DNA from: Chloroflexota bacterium
Lineage (GTDB): Bacteria > Chloroflexota > Limnocylindria > Limnocylindrales > CSP1-4
Direction: 5' to 3'
DNA: 64,000 nucleotides
NCBI GenBank assembly: GCA_016191425.1
Contig: JACPOR010000036.1
Coordinates: forward strand, 3,002-67,001
Position numbers and translations under genes: made by a program
The notes under the pieces: model-generated
The model's input: the letters and a program-made list of their open reading frames with translations, nothing else
Told to the model about the DNA's origin: nothing
Databases searched by the model: none
Part shown: one piece after another, positions 36,198 to 44,127 of the stretch
Numbering within the stretch: the first letter of the stretch is position 1
How the letters are laid out: each line of letters opens with the position of its first letter

Positions 36198-37013
36198 ATG
36201 GTGGTTCGCGGGCAAGCGCCGAGCCACAGACTCCTGCCCGTGGATGATATTCGCGTCGGGGCCTTGATCCGAAGCGTCCGGCTGCGTCGAGCCTGGCGAC
36301 AGGCGGATGTCGCGGCCGTCGCCCGCGTGTCGCGATCGCAGGTCTCGCGGGTGGAGCGCGGCCGCCTCGAAGAGCTGCACGTCGTCGAGTTGCGCGCGAT
36401 TGCCAGCGCACTTGAGATCCGGTTGCCGTTCACACCGCTGTGGCGAGGCGGTGACATGGATCGTGTGCTGAACGAGCGACACAACCTGATGCAGGAACGC
36501 CTGGCGGCGATAGTCCGGTCGCGTCCGGACTGGGAATGCAGCGCCGAGGTGACGTTCTCCATCTGGGGTGAACGCGGATCGATTGATCTTCTGGCGTGGC
36601 ATTCGAGTCGGCAGGCCCTGCTCGTGGTTGAGCTCAAGACGGAGATCCCCGATCCCGCCGCGCTGGTCGCGCAGGTTGATCGATACCGCAGGCTCGCCCA
36701 GGGGATTGCTCGGGAGCGGGACTGGCACCCTGTTACGGTCAGTGTCTGGGTGATCGTTGCCGATTCGTCGATGAACCGCCGGAATCTGGCGCGACACCGG
36801 ACGATGCTGCGCAACGCGTATCCGATGGAGGGGCGGACAATGCGGTCGTGGCTTCGGCGGCCCGACGGCGCTGTGGCCGCGCTCTCTTTCCTGGCTGATG
36901 ACCGGGCCGGGAGCACTATCCGGAAAGCGCCGCCGACCAGGCGGGTCAGGCCAAGGGCAGGGCCGCTCTTGGCCTCCGATACCCTGTCTGATGCCCCTCC
37001 CCCGGAGCGATAG
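36198..37013 (+). CDS. HTH_XRE DNA-binding domain fused to a PD-(D/E)xK nuclease-like domain (paralog 2)
   Basis: IRSVRLRRAWRQADVAAVARVSRSQVSRVERG is the HTH. GSIDLLAWH...LLVVELKTE is the nuclease-like core. Start is ATG 36198 or GTG 36240. The 3' tail runs through repeat arm 36888-36927. Confidence 0.7.
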   Translation: MVVRGQAPSHRLLPVDDIRVGALIRSVRLRRAWRQADVAAVARVSRSQVSRVERGRLEELHVVELRAIASALEIRLPFTPLWRGGDMDRVLNERHNLMQERLAAIVRSRPDWECSAEVTFSIWGERGSIDLLAWHSSRQALLVVELKTEIPDPAALVAQVDRYRRLAQGIARERDWHPVTVSVWVIVADSSMNRRNLARHRTMLRNAYPMEGRTMRSWLRRPDGAVAALSFLADDRAGSTIRKAPPTRRVRPRAGPLLASDTLSDAPPPER

Positions 37014-37105
37014 CCAGGATTCTGGTCCACCTGAGGCTCGTCCAGCGACTGTCGGGGCTCGGCTACCCGGATAGCGCTCCGGGCTGGCGCATTGGCCAGA
37101 AAAGC
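36888..37105. repeat. Inverted pair of repeat arms (36888-36927, 37063-37105) around a 135-bp spacer, locus C
   Basis: Left arm rc CTTTCCGGATAGTGCTCCCGGCCCGGTCATCAGCCAGGAA. Right arm CTACCCGGATAGCGCTCCGGGCTGGCGCATTGGCCAGAAA. Confidence 0.8.
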
Positions 37106-37168
37106 GGCTCCGCGCGGGGCGGTCGGGGCGGGGGGCCGGGGCGGGGGGCCGCGGCGGGCAACCCTCGA

Positions 37169-37918
37169 CTACATCATCACGAGGCCGCCGTCGACGGCCA
37201 GCACCTGGCCGGTGATGTATGCGGCTTCGTCACTCGCAAGGAACGCGACCGCGTTGGCGACTTCCTCGGGAGTGCCGAACCGGCCGAGCGGCGTTCGCGA
37301 GGTGATCTCGTCCTGGAGCGGCTCCGCCAGATCCTGGGTCAGCTCCGTGAGCACGAATCCCGGCGCCACGGCATTGCAGGTGATTCCGCGTGAGGCGAGC
37401 TCGCGGGCGGTGGCCTTGGTGAGCCCGATGAGGCCGGCCTTCGCGGATGAGTAGTTGGCCTGGCCCGTCTGGCCGGCCTGCCCCGAGACCGACGTGATGT
37501 TGATGATCCGGCCGCCCTTGGCCTTGAGCATCGGTCGGGTCACGGCCTTGATCGCGTAGAAGGCACCGGACAGGTTCGTGTCGATGACGGACTGCCACGC
37601 GTCGATTGACATCCGCATGATCAGATCATCGCGCGTGATCCCCGCGTTGTTGACCAGGATGTCCACCTTGCCGAATGCCTCGAGCGCAGCCTTGATCAGG
37701 GCGTCTGCAGAAGCCGGATCGGTGGCGTCACCCTGGACGGCGAGCACGCGCCGGCCGAGTGCGCGAATGGCCGCGGCGGTCTCCTCGGCGGCGGCCGCGT
37801 TGCCTCGGTAGCTGAACGACACATCGGCGCCCTGGGCGGCAAGCCGCAGCACGATTGCGCGTCCGATGCCACGCGAACCACCGGTCACGATGGCGCTCTT
37901 CCCGCTGAGATCGATCAC
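37169..37918 (-). CDS. fabG: 3-oxoacyl-[ACP] reductase
   Basis: 249 aa with SDR motifs TGGSRGIGRAI, NNAG and S...YSSAKAG. The fab gene context supports the call. Confidence 0.9.
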   Translation of the reverse strand: MIDLSGKSAIVTGGSRGIGRAIVLRLAAQGADVSFSYRGNAAAAEETAAAIRALGRRVLAVQGDATDPASADALIKAALEAFGKVDILVNNAGITRDDLIMRMSIDAWQSVIDTNLSGAFYAIKAVTRPMLKAKGGRIINITSVSGQAGQTGQANYSSAKAGLIGLTKATARELASRGITCNAVAPGFVLTELTQDLAEPLQDEITSRTPLGRFGTPEEVANAVAFLASDEAAYITGQVLAVDGGLVMM

Positions 37919-38087
37919 TGGGATTTGCTCCTCCTAGTCGGGGATGAAGTATGCATCGCACGAGGCCGGCGAAGCTCGGTGGCGGCGGCTCGGGGGCCTC
38001 GGCTCGGTGGCCGCGGCTCGGGGCCGGCGAAGCTCGGGGGCGGCGGCTCGGTGGCCCCGGAAAGCGACTCTGTCCGGCAATCGCAAG

Positions 38088-38300
38088 GTGATCGTGGCTC
38101 GGCTCGGGCGTGAAGCCGCGCGCCGGCATGTGAGCGTGGGTTCCCTGGTGCGTCAGGCCGTGGACGCAACATATCCCGAGGAGTTGGAGCTCCGGCGGGC
38201 GGCCCGCCAGCGGTCACAACTGGTCCTCGGGGCGTTCGACTCCGGCCGGAGCGACATCTCGGAGCGGCATGACGAGCTGCTGGGCGAGGCAATCTGGTGA
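38088..38300 (+). CDS. vapB: Ribbon-helix-helix antitoxin (VapB-like)
   Basis: VIVARLGREAARRHVSVGSLVRQAVDATY. The stop overlaps the PIN gene start. The start (GTG 38088) is inferred; the track ORF extends into repeats. Confidence 0.6.
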   Translation: MIVARLGREAARRHVSVGSLVRQAVDATYPEELELRRAARQRSQLVLGAFDSGRSDISERHDELLGEAIW

Positions 38301-38689
38301 GCGTCGTCGTGGACAGCAGTGCCATCTTTGCCCTGCTCGACCGGCATGATGCCCACCACAACGCCGCGGTCGCGTTCTGGACGGATCCGGATGACGAGGA
38401 TCTGGTGACGCACGCGTACGTGGTGGTCGAAAGCGTCGCCCTCGTCCGCTCCCGCCTCGGTCCGGCGGCGGTTGATGCGCTCGTGGATGGCACTCTGCCG
38501 GGTATCCGCGTGGAGATGGTCGATCGCCCACTCCATGAGATCTCCCTGGCTGCCCTTCGCGGGATCGGCGGGGGCACGAGCGTGGTGGACCGGGTGACGC
38601 TCGCGTTCGCGGGGCGCCACGGGATTCGGCGTGCATTCGCCTTCGACGCGGATCTTGTCGGTGCCGGCCTCGCCACGTGTCCGGAGTGA
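38297..38689 (+). CDS. vapC: PIN-domain toxin (VapC family)
   Basis: MSVVVDSSAIFALLDRHD...VVESVAL...SVVDRVTLAFA...AFAFDADL carries the conserved acidic residues. Confidence 0.8.
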   Translation: MSVVVDSSAIFALLDRHDAHHNAAVAFWTDPDDEDLVTHAYVVVESVALVRSRLGPAAVDALVDGTLPGIRVEMVDRPLHEISLAALRGIGGGTSVVDRVTLAFAGRHGIRRAFAFDADLVGAGLATCPE

Positions 38690-38749
38690 TGTCCGCCGAA
38701 TGCGTGAGTCGATGACCATGGGATGCATAGATAACTCTCACAAACATGC

Positions 38750-38778
38750 TTGACGAGGGTCAAATAACGTACTAGCGT
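38750..38778 (+). promoter_or_regulatory. Leaderless-type promoter TTGACG-N17-TAGCGT, 7 nt before the vapB ATG
   Basis: Read directly in the only AT-rich tract of this gap. There is no SD before ATG 38786. Confidence 0.45.
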
Positions 38779-38785
38779 CTGTTCG

Positions 38786-39118
38786 ATGCGCAAGCACACC
38801 ACCCTTGATCTCGATCAGGAATTGATCCGCGACGCTGCGGCGGCGCTGGGTACGACTCGCACGACCGAGACGGTTCATGCCGCTCTTGCCGACGTTGTGG
38901 CACGGCGACGGCGGGCGATGCTCGCCCGTCTCGACCTTCCCGACCTGACACCCGAAGCCGTGGCGGCGATGCGCGCCCCCCGGCATGCCGAAACAACGCC
39001 GGACGAGCCTGCTCCGCCCGCTCCTCGACACGCCGAAACCGAGTCGGACGGACGCGCTCTCCGGCCGGCCGAAACGCCGCCGGACGAGCCAGCTGCGCGC
39101 GGCGCTCGGGCTCGATAG
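38786..39118 (+). CDS. vapB: Type II antitoxin (VapB, DUF2191-like N-terminus) with a repeat-derived C-terminal tail
   Basis: MRKHTTLDLDQELIRDAAAALGTTRTTETVHAALADVV. The tail repeats PRHAETTPDEPAP / PRHAETESD / RPAETPPDEPAA. Confidence 0.7.
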   Translation: MRKHTTLDLDQELIRDAAAALGTTRTTETVHAALADVVARRRRAMLARLDLPDLTPEAVAAMRAPRHAETTPDEPAPPAPRHAETESDGRALRPAETPPDEPAARGARAR

Positions 39119-39529
39119 GTGGAACTGGCGGACACGAGCGTCTGGGCGCGGAAGTCCCATCCCCTTCTGCAGGACTGGTTCACCTCCGCCGTCGACGCGG
39201 GTGAGATCGCCGGCTGCGACATGATCGCGCTCGAACTGCTCCATTCGGCGCGCAACCCAACTGAGTTCAGTGTGGTCGAAGAAGGCCTGCGGGGACTGCC
39301 GTGGGTGGAGGCGGACGCGGCCGATTGGCTCAGGGCTCGCGAGGTCTACCGCGTCCTGGGCGGTCGACCCGGGATGCCGCAGCGAAGCGTCAAACACCCG
39401 GATCTGCTCATCGCAGCCGCTGCCGAGCGCGCCGGCCTGACGCTCGTCCACTACGACGCCGACTATGACGTCATTGCCGACATCACCGGCCAGCGCGTGC
39501 GCTGGGTCGCACCTCGAGGATCCATCTGA
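39119..39529 (+). CDS. vapC: PIN-domain toxin (VapC family)
   Basis: The GTG start directly follows the vapB stop. ELADTSVW...DMIALELLHSA...HPDLLIAAAAERAGLTLVHYDADYD. Confidence 0.8.
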   Translation: MELADTSVWARKSHPLLQDWFTSAVDAGEIAGCDMIALELLHSARNPTEFSVVEEGLRGLPWVEADAADWLRAREVYRVLGGRPGMPQRSVKHPDLLIAAAAERAGLTLVHYDADYDVIADITGQRVRWVAPRGSI

Positions 39530-39680
39530 GCCAGGCAGCGGTCGGCGCACCAGCCGCCGGGCTTCGCCAGCCGCGGCGCTTCGCTGGGCGTCGCCGTGGG
39601 CGCACGGCCACCTGTCGGCGTACCAGCCGCCGGGCTGCATGAGCCGCCGGGCTGCTCCATCCGCCGGGCTTCGCCGGCCG

Positions 39681-40883
39681 TCAGGAAACCGAAGCAGGCG
39701 CTGGCTCGGGCTCGCCGGGAACCACGTCGTCCAGCGGTACGTTGAGCGGATCCGGCCGGGCCATGATCTCCGCGAGGGCCGGTGGGATCGGGTCGACGGC
39801 ATCCCAGTCCTGGGGCAGGCGCACGTGGATCGAGGAGGGGTCGACGGCGGCGTCGCCGGCGATGCCCCGGGCCGGGTCCACCGTCCAGCGGATCGTCGCT
39901 GCCCCGGACGTGAACCCCGCCCCGAAGGCGACGATGCAGATCGCGTCCCCGACGGCGATGCGACCCTCGTTGGCCGCCTCGGCCAGGGCGATCGGAACGG
40001 ATGCCGCGGACGTGTTCCCGTACTTGTCGAGGTTCACGAACATGCGGTCCATCGGCAGGTCCAGGCCCTTGGCGACCGCCTCGATGATCCGGATGTTCGC
40101 CTGGTGCGGGATGAACAGGCGGATGTCGTCGGCGGTCAGGCCGGCGCGCCGGATCGATTCCATCGCGGTCGCGGCGAGCGTTCGCGTGGCGAACCGATAC
40201 GTCTCGCGGCCCTCCATGCGGATGAAGTGCTCGCCTCGGCGGATCGTCTCCGGTGAGGGAGGGGCCTTGGCCCCGCCGGCGGGCAGCCAGATCATGTAGG
40301 CGCCCTGCGGCTCGGTTGTCATCTCGATGCCGAGGCTGCCGCCCGGCTCATCGGATCCGGACACGACGACCGCGCCGGCCCCGTCGCCGAACAGGATGCA
40401 GGTCCCCCGATCCGTGTAGTCGAGGAAGCGGGTCAGCAGCTCCGCCCCGATCACGAGGACGTGCTTCGCCAGCCCGGCCGTCACGTAGGCCTGCGCGGTC
40501 GCGAAGGCGTAGACGAACCCCGAGCAGGCCGCCGAGATGTCCATGGCCGCGGCACGCTGGTTGCCGATGGCTTCCTTCACGAGCGCGGCGGTCGACGGCA
40601 TCCAGTAGTCGGGCGTGAGCGTGGCAAGGAGGATGAGGTCGATGTCGTCCGGGTCGAGGCCGGCCGTCCGGATCGCCCGCAGGCCGGCGACGGCGCCCAT
40701 CGACGCCGTCGTTTCGTGGGCCGCGGCAACCCGCCGCTCGCGGATGCCGGTCCGGGTCACGATCCATTCGTCGTTGGTATCGACCATCTTCTCGAGGTCG
40801 GCGTTGGTGAGGACCTGCTCCGGCACGTAGCGGCCCCAACCGGTGACGTGAGCATGGCGCATGGTCCCGCTCTCGGGGTTCAT
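39681..40883 (-). CDS. fabH: 3-oxoacyl-[ACP] synthase III with a ~65-aa C-terminal extension
   Basis: TNDEWIVTRTGIRERR, active-site AACSGF, HQANIRI and GNTSAASVP. The start overlaps the accB stop. Confidence 0.9.
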   Translation of the reverse strand: MNPESGTMRHAHVTGWGRYVPEQVLTNADLEKMVDTNDEWIVTRTGIRERRVAAAHETTASMGAVAGLRAIRTAGLDPDDIDLILLATLTPDYWMPSTAALVKEAIGNQRAAAMDISAACSGFVYAFATAQAYVTAGLAKHVLVIGAELLTRFLDYTDRGTCILFGDGAGAVVVSGSDEPGGSLGIEMTTEPQGAYMIWLPAGGAKAPPSPETIRRGEHFIRMEGRETYRFATRTLAATAMESIRRAGLTADDIRLFIPHQANIRIIEAVAKGLDLPMDRMFVNLDKYGNTSAASVPIALAEAANEGRIAVGDAICIVAFGAGFTSGAATIRWTVDPARGIAGDAAVDPSSIHVRLPQDWDAVDPIPPALAEIMARPDPLNVPLDDVVPGEPEPAPASVS

Positions 40884-41383
40884 AGCGGTTCGACCTCGAT
40901 GAGGGGCTGCTTGGCCTTGACGAGCTTGCCGTCTTCGGCATGGACTTTCACGACGCGACCGGAGAGGTCACTCTTGATCTCATTGAACAGCTTCATCGCC
41001 TCGATGAGGCCGATCACCTGGCCGGCGGCGACCTCGCCGCCGGCATGGACATAGGCGGCCGTGCCCGGCGATGGGCTCCCGTACCAGATGCCGGTCAGCG
41101 GAGCCTTGACCGACGGGCGCGTGGGAGCGGATCCGGCCGACGCGCCCGGCGATGGTTCGCCGCCGGTCATCGGCGCCCCCGTAGCCGCCGACGACTCGGC
41201 CGCGACCGCGGCCACGGGCGCGAGGGCCTCCGGCTTGCGCAGGACCAGCGATGTCTCGCCGGATCGGATCTCGAGTTCCGTCAGTTCGCTGCGGTCCAGC
41301 ATCGCGGCGAGACGATCGATCAGGCCGAGCAGCGACTGGTCGCCTGCGTCCGTGGGCGTCTGCTCGGCACTCATGCGTCCCAC
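40880..41383 (-). CDS. accB: Biotin carboxyl carrier protein (canonical, with the biotinyl lysine)
   Basis: C-terminal biotinyl domain ...GQVIGLIEAMKLFNEIKSDLSGRVVKV... contains the EAMK motif. Confidence 0.9.
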   Translation of the reverse strand: MGRMSAEQTPTDAGDQSLLGLIDRLAAMLDRSELTELEIRSGETSLVLRKPEALAPVAAVAAESSAATGAPMTGGEPSPGASAGSAPTRPSVKAPLTGIWYGSPSPGTAAYVHAGGEVAAGQVIGLIEAMKLFNEIKSDLSGRVVKVHAEDGKLVKAKQPLIEVEPL

Positions 41384-42636
41384 CTGCGGAAGATCAGGGC
41401 GGCATTCTGGCCGCCGAAGCCGAACGAGTTGCTGAGGCCGATCCGGAGGTCACGATGGGTCGCGACACCCGGTGTCAGATCGAGGCCGGCGGCAGCCTCG
41501 TCGGGGGTGATGAGGTTGATCGTGGGCGGCACGATCCCGGTCCGAAGCGCCTGGATCACGGCGATCGACTCCAGCGCGCCGGCGGCCCCGAGGGTGTGGC
41601 CCAGCATGGACTTGTTGGCGGACACTGCGACCCGCGCCGCGTGGTTGCCGAAGATGGTTCGGATGGCCTGCAGCTCAGCGCGATCCCCCTCCGGCGTTGA
41701 CGTCGCGTGGGCGTTCACGTGGTCCACCTCGGACGCGTCGAGGCCCGCCTTCTCCAGCGCGCGCCGGGCCGCCCGGACGGCACCGATGCCACCGGGCGCC
41801 GGGAGCGTGATGTGGGATGCGTCGGCGGTCGCGCCGTAGCCGACGATCTCGGCGAGCGGCTCGGCGCCGCGGGCGGTGGCATGAGCGAGCGACTCCAGGA
41901 TCAGGACGCCACTCCCTTCCCCGATCACGAAGCCGTCGCGCCCCTGGTCGAAGGGTCGCGACGCGCGCTGCGGGTCGTCGTTGCGGGTCGAGAGGGCCTT
42001 CATCGACGCGAAGCCGCCGACCACTGCTTCGTGGATCGTGGCCTCGGAACCACCGGCGAGCATGACCTCGGCGTCGCCGCGCCGGATCGTCTCCCAGGCC
42101 TCGCCGATCGCGTGGGCACCGGTCGCGCAGGCGGAAACGGTGGCGAAGTTCGGGCCGAGCGGTCCGAAGGCGATGGCGATCTGGCCGGCCCCGACGTTGG
42201 CGATCCCCATCGGGATGAAGAACGGGCTGATCCGGTCGGGACCGCGCTCGCCCATCAGGAGGACGTTGTCGAAGAGGGTGGTGACGCCGCCGAGGCCCGA
42301 ACCCATGATCACTCCGGTCCTCTCGGCCAGGGCACCGTCCATGCGGCCCGGGAAACCGGCCTGGTCCAGGGCCTCCCGCGCGGCGACCAGGCCAAACTGG
42401 ATGTACCGATCGGTCCGCCGCATGTCCTTGCGGTCGAGGACCCCGCTGGCGTCGAAGTCGCGCACCTCGCCGGCAATCCGCGACGTGACCCGCGACGGAT
42501 CAAAGGCCTGGATGGTGCGAATCCCGGAACGACCGGCAACCAGGCCTGCCCACGTCGATGCAACATCCTTGCCGAGGGCGGAGAGCGCGCCCATCCCCGT
42601 GACGACGACGCGCGGAGCGACTCCGGTCACCGGCAT
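41371..42636 (-). CDS. fabF: 3-oxoacyl-[ACP] synthase II
   Basis: Track ORF trimmed to ATG 42636 (MPVTGVAPRVVVTGMGALSALG). ACATGAHAIG active site, HATSTPEGD and GHTLGAAG. Confidence 0.9.
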   Translation of the reverse strand: MPVTGVAPRVVVTGMGALSALGKDVASTWAGLVAGRSGIRTIQAFDPSRVTSRIAGEVRDFDASGVLDRKDMRRTDRYIQFGLVAAREALDQAGFPGRMDGALAERTGVIMGSGLGGVTTLFDNVLLMGERGPDRISPFFIPMGIANVGAGQIAIAFGPLGPNFATVSACATGAHAIGEAWETIRRGDAEVMLAGGSEATIHEAVVGGFASMKALSTRNDDPQRASRPFDQGRDGFVIGEGSGVLILESLAHATARGAEPLAEIVGYGATADASHITLPAPGGIGAVRAARRALEKAGLDASEVDHVNAHATSTPEGDRAELQAIRTIFGNHAARVAVSANKSMLGHTLGAAGALESIAVIQALRTGIVPPTINLITPDEAAAGLDLTPGVATHRDLRIGLSNSFGFGGQNAALIFRRWDA

Positions 42637-42660
42637 GGCCTCTCGGCCGCGAGGCCGGAT

Positions 42661-42754
42661 GCAGCGCAAGGCGGAGCCGAGCATGCGAGCGAACGCACTG
42701 CAGCGTGCGTGAGCGAGCACGCGCAGGCGACAACGCGGCGATGCGCCGGCATCG
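42661..42754 (-). repeat. 94-bp conserved intergenic element, copy 1 (5' of fabF)
   Basis: ~75% identical to 43541-43634. Shared blocks are CAGCGCAAGGCGGAG, CGTGCGTGAG and CGACAACGC. Internal hairpin ACGCAC-N6-GTGCGT. Confidence 0.75.
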
Positions 42755-42763
42755 ACGACCGGA

Positions 42764-43510
42764 TCACCGGACCAGCTTCCCCGTCCGGACCGTCGCGGCT
42801 CGGTAGACGTCGCCCGGTAGGCCGCGGGCGGAAATCGCGGTGGCGGCGGCCATCGTGTCGAATTCGGTGCGCTGGATCTCGGCGGTGACGGTCTCCTCGT
42901 CGAGCGTGATGAGCGCCCAGGAGGCCGTCGGATCGCCGTCGAACGTGTTGCCGGCACTGCCCGCGTTCACGATCTGCTTCCAGCCGAAATCGCGAACTTC
43001 CGGAATGTGGGTGTGTCCGCAGCAGATGACCCGGGCATCCGTCCGGGACAGCCGCTCGAGGGTCACGCCGGCGTCGAGATCGCGATCGAAGCCAGCCGTC
43101 TGCGAACCCGGTGAGGCGTGCGTCACGAGCAGCATCGTGTCCCCGACCATGAGGCGCCGCTCTGCGGGCAGGCGCCGGAGCCAGGCCAGGCCCTCGTCAT
43201 CGAGCGCGTCGTGCGCCCACTCCGCGGCCGCCCGGATCGCGTCCGACACGCCATCCGCCATCCACGGGAAGGCGGCGGTGTAATCGAAGTCGGCGACCGC
43301 GATGTCCGTGTTGCCCTGGACGATGATGGCGCCGGCGCGCTCCATCTCCCGGAGGATCGCGACGGATCCGGCCGGATCATGCCCGTTCAGGACCAGGTCC
43401 CCGGCGATCAGGACCGCGTCGGGCTTCTCCCTGTTGACCGCCTTCCGAACCGCCTCGAGCGCGGTGATGTTGCCGTGGACATCGGAAAGAACGGCGACGC
43501 GGCTGCTCAT
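42764..43510 (-). CDS. Metallophosphoesterase (YfcE/MJ0936-like)
   Basis: MSSRVAVLSDVHGN...LIAGDLV...QGNTD...CCGHTH motifs. Start trimmed to ATG 43510. Confidence 0.8.
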   Translation of the reverse strand: MSSRVAVLSDVHGNITALEAVRKAVNREKPDAVLIAGDLVLNGHDPAGSVAILREMERAGAIIVQGNTDIAVADFDYTAAFPWMADGVSDAIRAAAEWAHDALDDEGLAWLRRLPAERRLMVGDTMLLVTHASPGSQTAGFDRDLDAGVTLERLSRTDARVICCGHTHIPEVRDFGWKQIVNAGSAGNTFDGDPTASWALITLDEETVTAEIQRTEFDTMAAATAISARGLPGDVYRAATVRTGKLVR

Positions 43511-43540
43511 TGCACACGCCTGCTGCCGCGCATGGGTGGT

Positions 43541-43634
43541 ACAGCGCAAGGCGGAGGCGAGCACCTGAACGAGCGCACGCCAACGTGCGTGAGTGACGGC
43601 GCACAGCCGACAACGCAGCGACGTGCCGCCATGG
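43541..43634 (-). repeat. 94-bp conserved intergenic element, copy 2 (5' of the phosphoesterase gene)
   Basis: See copy 1. Hairpin CGCACG-ccaa-CGTGCG. Confidence 0.75.
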
Positions 43635-43643
43635 CGAGTCGGC

Positions 43644-44099
43644 TCATCGCAGGACGCCTTCGGCGGGAATGATGAAACTCAACGTGGCTTCGCAGGCAAC
43701 CTCACCGTCCACGCTGGCCACCGCGCGCGCCCGGCCGAAGCGTTTGCCGAGCTTCTCCATGGTGATGTCGAGCCGGAGCGTGTCGCCCGGGACCACGACC
43801 CGCTTGAACCGGCAGTCGTCGATCCCGGCGAAGAGGCCGATCCGATCGCCGAACCCGGGCTGCTTCGCGACATAGACGGCCATCGTCTGGGCGAGGGCCT
43901 CGACCTGGAGCACGCCGGGCATCACCGGCAGGCCCGGAAAGTGCCCCTGGAAGAACCACTCCGTCGCCGTGACGCCCTTGATCCCGACGATCCGCCGGGC
44001 ATCCGCGTCGTACTCGATGATCCGGTCCACGAGCAGGACCGGCCATCGATGCGGGATGAGCGCCTCGATCTCCCGGGTTGAATGGACGGTCTCAGTCAC
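43644..44099 (-). CDS. fabZ: 3-hydroxyacyl-[ACP] dehydratase
   Basis: IPHRWPVLLVDRI...FFQGHFPGLPVMPGVLQVEALAQ hot-dog signature. Confidence 0.9.
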   Translation of the reverse strand: MTETVHSTREIEALIPHRWPVLLVDRIIEYDADARRIVGIKGVTATEWFFQGHFPGLPVMPGVLQVEALAQTMAVYVAKQPGFGDRIGLFAGIDDCRFKRVVVPGDTLRLDITMEKLGKRFGRARAVASVDGEVACEATLSFIIPAEGVLR

Positions 44100-44127
44100 G
44101 GGCAGGCTCCGATGCGGTGCGGATGGC

